From Eledone cirrhosa (taxonomy: Eukaryota), in assembly GCA_964016885.1 (NCBI GenBank), contig OZ024742.1, positions 260,028,001 to 260,092,000 on the forward strand: a DNA stretch of 64,000 nt, written 5' to 3'. Every line of letters begins with the position of its first letter. The stretch's first letter is position 1. The notes under the pieces are model-generated. The model made no database searches. It worked only from the letters and a program-made list of their open reading frames with translations, and was not told where the DNA came from. The position numbers were made by a program, and so were the translations under genes. Shown here piece after piece: positions 1 through 10,923 of the stretch.

Positions 1-177
1 AATTAATGAATCTAACTAGATTTCATTTTTTTTTAATTTAACAGAAAAATAAAATAAATACAAATGAAAATTGCAATTATATATAATTAGGTAATAGATT
101 AATCAGAAAATTCACGTTTTTCCCCACTTTTTAAAAAACTATAACTGTTACTATTATTGGTAATTCTTCTTCTTCTT

Positions 178-1150
178 CTGGAAAGGAAGGTGGGGGTGGA
201 GAGAGAAGCCCCCCCCCCCCCGTCCAGTGCATTTGCTAAAAGGGGGATGAATGTGGCGAGAATAGCCCATCTGAGTGGACCTACTCTGACCATGCACCTG
301 TAGGCTGGTTAATTTGAGGAGGAGATGGGTGCCCTACCTGGGTGCCCTAGAAGCATCGGGTAGTTCAGGATTGGTAGGGTACATGAGTCACCTCTGGGTC
401 GTCCACCCCGCTATTGGGGAATTTATTTTATTATGTTTATACATAGTTTATTTTATACTAGCAGTGGTACCCAGCGTTGCACGGGATAAGGTATTGTGAA
501 ATATATAACCGCCTTAGCTAAGCTTAGTATTGCCACAACCACGGCTGGCAAAGAAGTAAGGGTCTGGTGGTACGTAAGTAAGCAACACTGTGGCTTAAAA
601 CGTGAGGAAGAAGTTGTGTGCACTTACCAACTGTTTGGGGAATGAGTGTGAGATTTGTCTTGAGCAAAAGTGGCTGAATAACCGGAGGCAGCAGACAGCC
701 AGACATACAGACAGATATTATAAGGGCACGTTCTGGACGCAGAGCGAATTGTAGGAAGTGACGTAATGCAGACAGCTAGACATACAGACAGATATTATAA
801 GGGCGCGACATTATATGTATGTATCTATGTAAAAAGAGAAACATTAATAATTATAGAGAGAGATCGCTAAATCGCCTAATGCGGTCCCTAGGGCATTGAA
901 AATTGCTCAGAACACTCCCTGAAACATAAGTATTACATGTGTAAAGTTTGAAAACAGTCGGTTGGGTGTTTCTCTAGTTTTAGGGATTCAAACTCACACA
1001 CACAGACATCCTCAGTTTTATATATATAGATTTTCATTGTTAAATTGGTTTTGATATTGTGCAATTTTACTCAAGCTTATTGTAAACCCCCCACTGTCCA
1101 TGTCTTTGTATTGTCCCCTACATGTCGGTCCTTGTGGCCAATAAATAAAC
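178..1150 (+). mobile_element. 3' end of an L1/Tx1-like LINE (ORF2 C-terminus plus 3' UTR), split by a Helitron
   Basis: 178-303 translates LERKVGVEREA..SSAFAKRGMNVARIAHLSGPTLTMHL*, resembling Tx1-type ORF2 C-termini. The T-rich UTR resumes after 1030 and ends in AATAAA plus an (ATT)n tail. Confidence 0.5.
458..1030 (-). mobile_element. Non-autonomous Helitron (Lep1-like)
   Basis: On the minus strand it begins TCTATATATATAAAA and ends with the subterminal hairpin CCCGTGCAACGCTGGG followed by CTAG. It sits between A and T with no TSD, and has an internal ~40-bp duplication (~690-730 / ~768-808). Confidence 0.8.
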
Positions 1151-1173
1151 CATTATTATTATTATTATTATTA

Positions 1174-1345
1174 TCGGTAGAGGGTTGGACACCATGTTTT
1201 CTAGCATAGTTACTTCCCTTTACGGTCTGAGTTCAAATCCCGTTGAGGTTAACTTTGCCTTTCATCCTTACAGAGTCGATAAAATAAAGTAACAGTATTG
1301 TACTAGGTAATTGCTGGCCTTGTGCCAAAAGTAGAAATTATTATT
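1174..1345 (+). mobile_element. tRNA-derived SINE, family A (5'-truncated)
   Basis: B-box GAGTTCAAATCC, conserved GCCTTTCATCC..GTCGATAAAATAAAGTA domain and (ATT)n tail. More than ten homologous copies occur in the window. Confidence 0.85.
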
Positions 1346-1697
1346 ATTATTATTATAACTAATACATAATCCATTGTTTTATGGATGAAATAAGTAATAT
1401 TTGGTTATACAGTTTCTTCACCAAATTTTAAGAAAGCCTTGTTTGATGATATATATATACATATATAATATGTCAAAATCTGAGCCCATGTGAAGAGAAC
1501 AATAGAGCAAATCAGAGAAATGGACAAGTCCCTATATCATCAGCTGTCAATCACCACAATTTGGGGGAAAAATTATAAAAAAACAAAATTTGTTTTCACT
1601 CTTAACATGGTGGATATCGAAATATATTTGTGAGTAAATAATAAAAATATAATAATATCATAATATTATTAATATTCGTTGAAAACAAACTGAATAT

Positions 1698-1890
1698 TAA
1701 TAATTGTTTCTACTTTTGGCACAAGGCCAGCAATTAACCAGTACATTACTGGTACTTTATTTTATCGACCCCGTAAGGATGAAAGGCAAAGTTAACCTCG
1801 GCGGGATTTGAACTCAGAATGGCAAGGGCCGTAACTCTATGCGTCAAAGCATGCGTCCAACCCTCTACCGATACTGCCAATTCACCGCCC
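1698..1890 (-). mobile_element. tRNA-derived SINE, family A (full length)
   Basis: Reverse complement reads GGGCGGTGAATTGGCAGTATCGGTAGAG...GAGTTCAAATCCCGCCGAGG...AGAAACAATTA. It is flanked by the duplicated CTGAATATTAATAAT. Confidence 0.9.
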
Positions 1891-1904
1891 TAATCTGAAT
1901 ATTA

Positions 1905-2117
1905 ATAATTGTTTCTACTTTAGGCACAAGGCCAGCAATTACCCAGTGCATTACTGGTACTTTATTTTATCGACCCCGTAAGGATGAAAGGCAAAGTCAC
2001 CCATTATGGTCCGAGGTTAACTTTTTGTCTTTCATCCTTATGGGGTCGATAAAATAAAGTACCAGTAATGCACTGGGATAATTGCTGGCCTTGTGCTAAA
2101 AGTAGAAACAATTATTA
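1905..2117. mobile_element. Two truncated family A SINEs in inverted (head-to-head) orientation
   Basis: 1905-2000 (-) and ~2011-2117 (+) are near reverse complements of each other over ~95 bp. Confidence 0.85.
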
Positions 2118-2314
2118 TAATATTATTATTATTCACTAACGAATACAATATATATAGTGTCTAGCTATATCTGGGAAATATGGAGTTTGATTCCTCAGAG
2201 CAGCTGATGGCAACTCCTTTTTCCTTTTTTAAGAGTCTTCACTCTATTTTATAAGCTATTTTATACCATCTCTGCACATAAGCACATCATTTTTTATATA
2301 CATATATAGGAAAG

Positions 2315-2545
2315 AGTTACTTTTACATAATTGTTTTATTGCGTGATATATATTTCAATGGTTATGCAATGGTTATGTCATTGTGAGGTGTAGTTATGCT
2401 GGTATGAGATATTACCATCTAGGTGTGATGCAAACAAACATTTGATAATATCACATGGAAACTGTCAATGATATAACCATTGGATAACCACGTTATTGAA
2501 ATATGTATTGTGCAATAAAACAATTATGTAAATGAAAACTGTTAC
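2315..2545. mobile_element. Foldback MITE-like element
   Basis: ~60-bp imperfect inverted arms TTTACATAATTGTTTTATTGC...GTCATTG / CAATGATATAACC...GCAATAAAACAATTATGTAAA. Confidence 0.6.
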
Positions 2546-3180
2546 ACTTAATCACCACCATTTTACTGGGGATACACTACTAACTGGATTTTCGTCATGG
2601 CATTACAATGTAACCTTTACAAATAAGCACCCTAATTATCTGCATATATATATATATCATCGTCATCATCACTGCTTAAGGTTCATTTTTCCACACTAGC
2701 ATGCGTTTAATGATTTGAGACAAGCCAGATCAGATGACCATGTCTTGCTCAGGACTGCTTGGTTTCTACTGCTGGATGCCCTTCCTAATGCTAACTACAT
2801 TTATAGTGTGGACTGGGTGCTTTTTGTTGTGGCACCAAAATGACCACTTTAGAGTGGACTAGGGGCTGAGAGAGAGAAAGAGAGAATAACATTGACAGAA
2901 TACTGATTTCTGATATGAATTGTAAACTGTTATTGACAGATCGTAGAGAAAGAAGTTTGAATTAAGACAGGTGACTAGTTGTTCTATAGTACCATGGTCA
3001 TATTTCTGGTGACATGTGGGAGTATTTACATATAAATGTGTGTATATATAACAAATTGTGTGTATATAATGTGTAAAATAAATATACAGTATCAGGGACA
3101 TTTGATTTAGTCAAGTTGATGTTTAAGGAATTTGGGGTGCTAAATGGAAAGATTAGCTTAAATGAAAAGCCCTATGAAGA

Positions 3181-5432
3181 ACATGGGTTTGGACGGGAGT
3201 TTTCCCACTTGAGGCAAGAGTGGTTGTCTTGCTCACATAGGACTGTCTGGCGGGTTTTCTACAGCTGGATGCCCTTCCTAACACCAACCACATTTACAGT
3301 GTGGGACTGGGAGGTTTTTACCGTGTTGCCTACATGGCCACATTACAGCGTGGACTGTGTGTTTTTTTGTCGTGAAACGATCTCATTTGTTTCGGTCTGG
3401 ATATTGTGGCACCAACATAACTTTACATTGAAAGGGGTGGTGTGGATAGGGTGGGCGTGGTGGTACGGGGGTGTATTTTGCTAGAGATGCCTACTGACTG
3501 TAGTAGGTTTACTTTGTATTTAGGTAAGGCGGGTCTTCTCTATTACTGAGTACCTGAGTACCGCCAAAGATCTCGGTCCAGTGACATTGTCTTGGAGAGG
3601 TGTAAGTATGTGAAGTCGGAATTTATCAGGTCGTCCCAGGTTTTTCTGGGTCTGCCTACTCCGTGGCTACCGTCTATCTTTATTGCCCTGCACTTTTTTA
3701 TACTGCTGTCGTCTTTCATGCGCATCACGTGACCATAACGTAGCCTTCTCTCGAGTAAACAACATCTGATCCCTCTTATTTCTAATTTTTCCCTTAGTTC
3801 GTTTATGCTTAGCCGTTCACGTATATTACTATTACACATCCAGCGGAGCATGCAAGCTTTGTTCCTTTCTAGTCTGTGTATATCCTCTGCACACAATGCC
3901 CAGGTCTCACTGCCATGCAACATTGCTGTTCGTATGCAGGCATCATACAACCTGCCTTTCATTTTTAGGGAGAACCCTTTAGCGGCTAATAGTGGTATAA
4001 GCTCTCTGAACTTTTTCCATCCAGTTCTGACTCTAGCTACTGTACTTTTAGAGCACCCTCCTCCACTGCTGATTTTGTCACCCAGGTAACGGAAGCTGTC
4101 CACTATTTCTATAGAACCCTCTGCACAATTGAAAGAGCTAGTATTTTGTGGGCACTTGCTGCTACTTATTGCACCAGAGCACCGGCCACATGTAAAATCT
4201 ATGTTCTTAGTTAGCTTACCTGTGATCCCACTACATCTTTTATGCACCTGTAGCGGTTGTCTCCCTTGTTTTGATTAGGATCTAGACGGGAAGTGGAACC
4301 CTTTCTGCAACTTCCGGTCAGAGCCCTATAAAACTAACAACTTTAAGCTTCCTTTCTCTCTTTGCCTTTTCGGCACCAGGTCAAGAGTCTTCTCATTTGG
4401 CTCTGCCATTAATTTGGCCAACAGGCGCCTGGCCTTAGCCAGGCGCCCTCTGCCAGCCGCGTTTGCCTGGCAATCAAAACGGTAACTACTAACTTTGTTT
4501 CATTCTAACATCTATCTTTGACATGTCAAGTATTCTATCTACCGTTAATTAAATATTATATACACAAACAATGTCTCGTTTTGTTACATTCATACAACCA
4601 GTAATCTCGCTATACACCCATACTTTGCATTTGGGACATAAAATGGAGTTTCTACCTACGCCTTTCCTACACACTGAGCATGGCCATTTCCCGGAAGGGA
4701 CCGCCGCCTTATTTTCTTTCCTACAAACTAGAACTTTAGTCTTAGCCAGGTTAATTTTAAGGCCTTTTGATTCTAGGCCGTGCTTCCATGTTTGGAATTT
4801 CTTCTCTAGCTCGGCCATTGATTCAGCTATGAGCATTAGATCATCTGTGTATAGGAGTTCCGATGGGCAGCCGGTCTTGAACTCCACTGTTATAGCCTGA
4901 AGGGCAATAATAAATAGTAGGGGGCTAAGAACAGAGCCCTGATGAACACCAACTTTTACGCTAAACTCTTCACTATATTCGTTGTTAATTCTAACCTTGC
5001 TGACTGTTTCTTTATACATGGCTTGTATAGCTCTCACAAGCCATTCGTCAACACCTAGTTTTCTAAGAGCCCACCAGATAATGGAACGGGGGACTCTGTC
5101 GAAGGCTTTCTCCAAGTCGACAAAAGCTAAGTATAGGGGTTTACTTTTAGCTAGGTACTTCTCCTGTAGTTGTCGTACAATGAAAAGAGCGTCTGTGGTA
5201 CTTTTGTCTGACACAAACCCGAACTGCATTTCATCTAGATCAATTCTCTCTCTGATTAGTTGCGCTATTACTTTTTCCGTGACCTTCATGACATGGTCGA
5301 TTAATTTAATGCCTCTATAGTTACTCCTATCTAGGGCATCTCCTTTACCCTTGTAACAGTTAATGATGATGCTGCTACGCCAGTCCTTCGGAACAACCCC
5401 ATTCTGTATGACTTGGTTTACTATCCGGGTGA
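3181..5432 (-). mobile_element. RTE-clade LINE, 5'-truncated and interrupted by a solo LTR
   Basis: RT motifs QFGF, FVDLEKAFDRVP, GVHQGSVLSP and YTDD (YADD mutated), followed by a PHD finger, FRYLG and GRPRKTW. Nearly identical to the copy at 10924. Confidence 0.95.
4249..4614 (+). mobile_element. Solo LTR (Ty3/Gypsy-like) inserted in the RTE
   Basis: Termini TGTAGCG...CGCTATA (CA mutated to TA) and a 4-bp TSD CACC (4245-4248, 4615-4618). Removing it restores the RTE sequence seen in the 10924 copy. TATA-like CTATAAAA at ~4326. Confidence 0.85.
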
Positions 5433-6085
5433 TGTGGGGGAGACTGTCTTTCTCCCATATTGCTTGTATGGGATACTTTGTCCGGCTGACACATAAAACC
5501 CTTCCTTCTCTCTCTCTGGTATATATGTTCCAGAAGTTCTCGATACTGCCAGTCAGACAGTCTCTTTCTCTGTTGGATGTGTTCAGGAAGTTCTTATTGT
5601 GTACCTATTTAACCCTTCTCTGACCATATTTCTAATGAAAGACACTGCCTATAATTTTGAAAATAAACAAGAATTTGGAAGGACTTAATAATATAATTAA
5701 CTTTCTCATTATTACACTGGTATATGAAACAAGTTAACAGAAGCGTTTATAAATAATTATGAGGCAAGGTTTTTAAATAAATATAAACTCTTTAACACTT
5801 CCACTCCCATCTTTATTAATAAAAATTCTTTATTAATTAATTAAAGTAAAGTGTATTTCATTAGAAGTATGGTCATATGTGTACCTGTGATAGTACACTG
5901 TCTAGTTGCAATCCTAAATCTGCATTTTGCATTTATTTTTAAAAGAATAGTATATTGTTATGCAATGCAAAATAATCAATTATATATATATATTAGATAT
6001 ATATATTTTAGATATATATATATATAAATTCATTATATATAGATATATTATATAAATACACACACACATATATATAATATATATA

Positions 6086-6165
6086 ACGAAGGAAATGTGG
6101 TAAGGAACCAGGTGGACCATAACGCACCAAAGTACTCAATACTTAGGGTAGTAGTTACTGGTTCC
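6086..6165 (-). mobile_element. Penelope-like pLTR tail fragment in (TA)n
   Basis: Matches the reverse complement of 10745-10815 and the start of the 30660 element. Confidence 0.7.
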
Positions 6166-6559
6166 TATAATATATATATATATATATGCTGTTTTTCAGT
6201 ACGTCCTCATCAGATAAAATACATGTGTTAAAAGATGAGTATTGATGTACATCAATACTCATCTTTTTCCATTTATCTGAGGGTTCTAAACCCCATTATC
6301 AGACTAAAATTTCTTTAGTCAAAAAAATACGGTGAAAGCTATTCTATTTCTAATTTCAAACCTGCTCACTGTTTCAAATCATACTTACTTGTCATATATA
6401 TATATATATAGCATGTAAAAGTAATTATATTTTTAATTAGCTAATTTTGCAGCATATCGTTGTTGCATTAGAATGAAGTTTGATACATGTTACTACATCA
6501 AATCATTAAATATGAGATTAATTGAAAGACAACGTTTGAGGGTGTATGTATGTTAGACA

Positions 6560-6780
6560 TATGATGGTGCCAACAATGAGTGCCCCAGTTGATGTAATTA
6601 ATGGAACAGCCTGCTCATGAAATTAACCTCCAAGTGAGTGGGCATTTCACAGGCACATCTACTCTTAACATACTTTCTCAGGGAGATTCAGTGTGACAAG
6701 GGTATCCTCCTTTGAATTATAGGCACAACTCATTTATTTCCTGCTGAAAGAACTAAAGCAACATGAAATAAAAATATAAA
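6560..6780 (-). mobile_element. CORE/Ceph-type tRNA SINE fragment (family B)
   Basis: GGAACAGCCTGCTCATGAAATTAAC...CAGGGAGATTCAG block shared with the copies at ~21300, 22800, 43900, 46500 and 48850. Confidence 0.7.
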
Positions 6781-6839
6781 TAAGATACACACACACACAC
6801 ACACACAGACATACACACACAAACACACTCACACACAGT

Positions 6840-8075
6840 TAGTTTAATAACCGGATAGTTGTTTAGTTGTTAATTGCCATCAAAGTTCTTTTGTCACACA
6901 TTGTGTGACCTTCTCAGTGACTACTTTTGTTGTTATTTTGTGCCTTTCCTTTGTTATCTTACACCATCTTGTTTTTGTGATCTATGTATTCTGGGCTGCG
7001 AATGCATTATATACAGGTTTGTGTGTATTTTTTATTTATTTATTTTCTCTCTTTCTTATTTGTCTCGAATTGGGTATTTGCACAGACACACACATGTGTG
7101 TGTCTGTGCATATGTGTAGTGGTGGTGGTGGGAGTCTGTTTATCTTATTAGTTTAATTCTTGTCTCTTTATATTGTCCTTAGTTACTAAATATGTTGTGA
7201 GGTTGTTGCTATTCCACTTGTACTTTCTATTTAGTTTTGGTTTGATTTTGTTTATGTTTGTTGCTTCAGTAATCCATTGAAGCATTGCTTCTGTTCTGAG
7301 TTTCGATATAATTTCTATCTCGATGTTCTCTAGTATTCACACGTGTTCCGTTCAGGCATGTCGGTAGAGTACTGATGAGCTTTTCTTATTTTGGCATTCT
7401 CACCAGTGTTCTTTTATCCTTTCTCCTATGCTACAGGCCATCTCACCTATGTATGTCATGTACCTATTCCTACACTGTCCCTCTGTATATCTTATGCTAT
7501 ATACTGCGTTCATAGTTTTACTGTTAATCTGTGAGTTTAATCTGCAGACTATACATTTTCTATCTGTGCAGGTTATTTTTTTTTTAAAATGTTATGTTCT
7601 GCTAATCAGAGCTTTTATGGGAATACCTGGTTTTTCTACTAATCTTGATATTTAATTTTAGTTTGTCTAGAGCCCCTTTAAATATGTATAGTTTGCATTG
7701 ACGAACATTACACTCTAGTATTTGTTGCTGTCATACCATGAGTTGATCTTATTTGTCTTCTTAGTTCTCTCTATCCTATTCCAAAATGTGCTCCTATACA
7801 ATGGGGCAAGTTCCATTCACATAATTTTCTACAATCTTTGTCCATTTGGCCCTGGGTCCTTTATACACCTTGATCCTGTTTCTTTGATTGTAGCCAGAGA
7901 AATGCATGTGGTGGATGAAGTAATGTATGTGTCTCTCTGATTCTTGAGGATCACATATGCGGGACAAATTCTTCATCACTCTTAGTCTGCAATTATGTCG
8001 ACTTTCACGTTTTCCGAAATGGCTGAGTTTAGATGGATCAGTTACTGTGAGTGCACAGGTGAAACTCCAGAGTAA
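6840..8075 (-). mobile_element. Degenerate Penelope-like element (RT thumb, C-terminal GIY-YIG, pLTR)
   Basis: Minus-strand remnants NAVYSI..C..YIGE (GIY-YIG, ~7440-7520) and SGYNQ-type RT C-terminal residues. The pLTR at ~6850-7000 is homologous to 50400-50560 and 61380-61500. Confidence 0.7.
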
Positions 8076-8239
8076 CAAAATTCACTGTTTAGCCATAATA
8101 AATGAATATTTAAACTATACTTCGATATTGAGTACTCTCTTTTCTTGCCCGTCAACTACGCACAAAAACATATATATATATAATAATAATACAAGGACCA
8201 TTTGTTATGCCTTCATTACGTTTATTGATTTTAAGTTGT

Positions 8240-8955
8240 GAAATAGACTGGTTTTACGCATGTGGCTGACACATTCCAGCTCGCTACTATATATCGCTCT
8301 ATGATGGATAATGGCATTTAATGTCTGTTAAAGGTTCTTGGCACTACCATAGTTACTAACGCTTTCCTCTAGCCATGGGACTTGGAGACATGAGCCGAAT
8401 GCTACCATTCTATTATACATCGATGTGGACTGCTTTTTCTATTAACCATCTTTTCACCTCTTATTAATTTGTGTGTGAGACACATTGGCTAAGTCCTTTT
8501 GACGGGAACGAAAAGATTTGTTTTCTATTCTCCCGCCACCACGTAAAGTTTGTAAGTCGGTGGCTAGTTAAGAGACAGAATTGTATCGGATTCCAGTTGC
8601 GAATAGCTTTACCGTGTCTGCTGTCACAAACTGTCATGGCCGGCATGGGCTGATGTTTGGATTCTGTTGATCGATTGGTTATTGATTAGGCGATACCCGC
8701 TGATGAAGCCACATAAGCGAATTATGCATTGTTGCATAATAAATGCAGACAGAGGGTGCAGTACACTTTACTGCTGCATTAAGTGCGGCCGAAACTCGAG
8801 TCTGGGAACTATTATAGGCACCCGTTTTACTTGTGTTGTATTGAAGCAAATAGCTATGTATATACTCTGGGAATTTACCCTACATTGATTATTGAGTACG
8901 CTGAGATACAACCGGTCCTAGCATTGATAAATATGGTGGGTCCGTCAACCCCTTA
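8240..8955 (+). mobile_element. Penelope-like pLTR/UTR segment carrying a hammerhead ribozyme
   Basis: CpG-retaining non-coding segment ending in (TA)n. It contains a complete hammerhead core at 8696-8806. Confidence 0.55.
8696..8806 (+). ncRNA. Type I hammerhead ribozyme with extended, branched stem II
   Basis: CCCG-CTGATGA-AGCCACAT...GTGCGGCC-GAAA-CTCGAG-TC-TGGG. Stem III is the palindrome ACTCGAGT, the GUC triplet ends at 8802, and stem I is CCCG/UGGG. Confidence 0.75.
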
Positions 8956-8980
8956 TATATATATATAGGAAAAAGTATGA

Positions 8981-9075
8981 CTCCGACGGCAGAGCTCAAG
9001 CCGTTTCGACGGCTATTTCTGAACTAAATTAGAATTTTTAGCCTGGTGAATAAATACCCGAACTTGTCAAGGGGG
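8981..9075 (-). ncRNA. Hammerhead ribozyme, U3-A8 core variant (inverted pLTR copy)
   Basis: Minus strand reads CCCCC-TTGACAA-GTTCGGGTATTT...AAATAGCCGTC-GAAA-CGGC-TTGAGCTCT-GCCG-TC-GGAG, with a GUC triplet. Confidence 0.6.
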
Positions 9076-10632
9076 TACTTCCTTATATGGGAAGATTGTA
9101 GCTGTCAAGAGGATTGGTTAAAATTTGTTGTAAACACAAATAAGTCTATCATGGCATTTGGTGGGAGGTAGGGGTGGCTGAACCGAGTCAATTTCCTGGA
9201 CGTTACCCTTAACCTCGAAAATGATCTGTACTACTCATACAGGAAACCAAACGACAACCTGCACTACATTCACTGCCGCTCTAACCATCCTAGAAACATC
9301 ACCAATAACCTGGTTAAAAACATCTCCCTCCGCATATCTCGTTTGCCCGCTAAAGAGCAGATATTCGATGAAAACACGCCTCATTACAATCATGCCCTCA
9401 AGCAGAGTGGCTTCCGAGAGAAAATATCCTTTTATCCAGCTTCCCTTAGCGGAACCAGCAGGTGACACCGCTGCTCACGCAACGTAACGTGGTTCAATCC
9501 TCCCCATAGTGCCGAGGTGGCAACACCTATCGGGAAAATCTTCTTTAGATTCCTTGAAAAACACTTCCCACTACAACACCGCTACCACAACATAATCAAG
9601 AAAAACACCATCAAACTCTCCTACAGCACCACACCTAACCTCGCACAAAACATTCTCCTCAAACAACAAAAAACTCAACCCCTATGGAAGAAATAACCTA
9701 GACATCAGTGGAGAGCCGACCAGGAGGTGTAACTGATAGATCTACGTGCCGCCTCAACAACAAATGCCGAGAACGTAATGTGATCTACCAGTGCAACATG
9801 AGGACAGACACCTCCAACAACGCTTATATAGGATTAACTGCGTGTGACTTCAAGACCCGGCTCTACCAACACCGACATACTTTCCGAAACCCGGTCTGGC
9901 AACGTGCCACTACACTTTCGGGCCACATCTGGGACTTCCAAGATAATAATATAACCTACAATCTCATTTGGAGCTTACTGTCCAGAGCTAACTTTTACAC
10001 GGGAGGACGCCGTCTGTGTAACTTATGCTCGGAGGAAACATTACAAATGCTGTCTCATCCTATCACTTCCTTCCACCCCCTATTTCCTTCCTCGTCTGCT
10101 TTTCCCCTTTCGCCTACCCCGATGCAGCCCATCGGGCCTCTGTAACATCAGTTCCCCCACCGCTGTAATTTTAAGATAGAATTGGCCGAATACGCTTTAC
10201 TAACTACTTATAGCAGATGTGTTAAACCCCTTTAATTCTGTAACAGTTCTGGTACTACTCAATTTCTACAAGTTTGTTCTATTCTCAACTTATTAACCTG
10301 TAATTGTAAGATAGCATTGTGATTTTTTTTATTAATTTCTCACTATCTAATTTTATATATTTTTTATTTATTTCTATTATGTTTTATTGTCTGCTACTCT
10401 CATTAGATTTACCTATTCTATAACCTCCCTCCTCCACTTCATACACTATCCTTAGAATCTGCTGTATACATATCACTTTCAATGCTTGACCACTCCACTC
10501 ACTCCCCTATTGTTCTACAGGCAAGTTCATCCACCCCTACCTCCCACCAAATGCCATGATAGACTTATTTGTGTTTACAACAAATTTTAACCAATCCTCT
10601 TGACAACTACAATCTTCCCATATAAAGAAGTA

Positions 10633-10727
10633 CCCCCTTGACAAGTTTGGCTATTTATTCACCAGGCTAAAAATTCTACTTTAGTCCAGAAATAGCCATC
10701 GAAACGGCTTGAGCTCTGCCATCGGGG
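10633..10727 (+). ncRNA. Hammerhead ribozyme, U3-A8 core variant (sense pLTR copy)
   Basis: CCCCC-TTGACAA-GTTTGGCTATTT...AAATAGCCATC-GAAA-CGGC..GCCA-TC-GGGG. Stem II is TGGCTATTT/AAATAGCCA. The triplet has decayed to AUC. Confidence 0.55.
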
Positions 10728-10837
10728 TCATACTTTTTCCCACTCTACTACCCTAAGTATTGATTACTCTGCTGCGTTATGGTCCATCTGGTTCCTTACC
10801 ACAATTCATTTGTTATATATATATATAACAGAGGAGT

Positions 10838-10912
<75 letters not shown>

Positions 10913-10923
10913 ATATATATATA

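Larger units (their letters stand above)
8968..10815 (+). mobile_element. Penelope-like element, 5'-truncated, with an inverted pLTR copy at its 5' junction
   Basis: From 9178: VNFLDVTL..YRKP..SNHP (RT thumb), WFNPP, KLSYS, then GIY-YIG NVIYQC..YIGLT..FKTR..CNLC, with frameshifts. 8968-9177 is the reverse complement of ~10530-10741. Both ends lie in (TA)n. Confidence 0.9.

Noticed and set aside
3805-5320. Antisense ORFs over RTE copies (also 11147-11845, 58213-59328 and 46982-48395)
   Set aside because: They are shadow frames opposite TE coding sequence, with no independent support.
10779-10923. N-terminal part of the 457-aa ORF (YIYIYI...)
   Set aside because: It is read-through of a pLTR tail and (TA)n. 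Real RTE coding sequence starts at ~10924.
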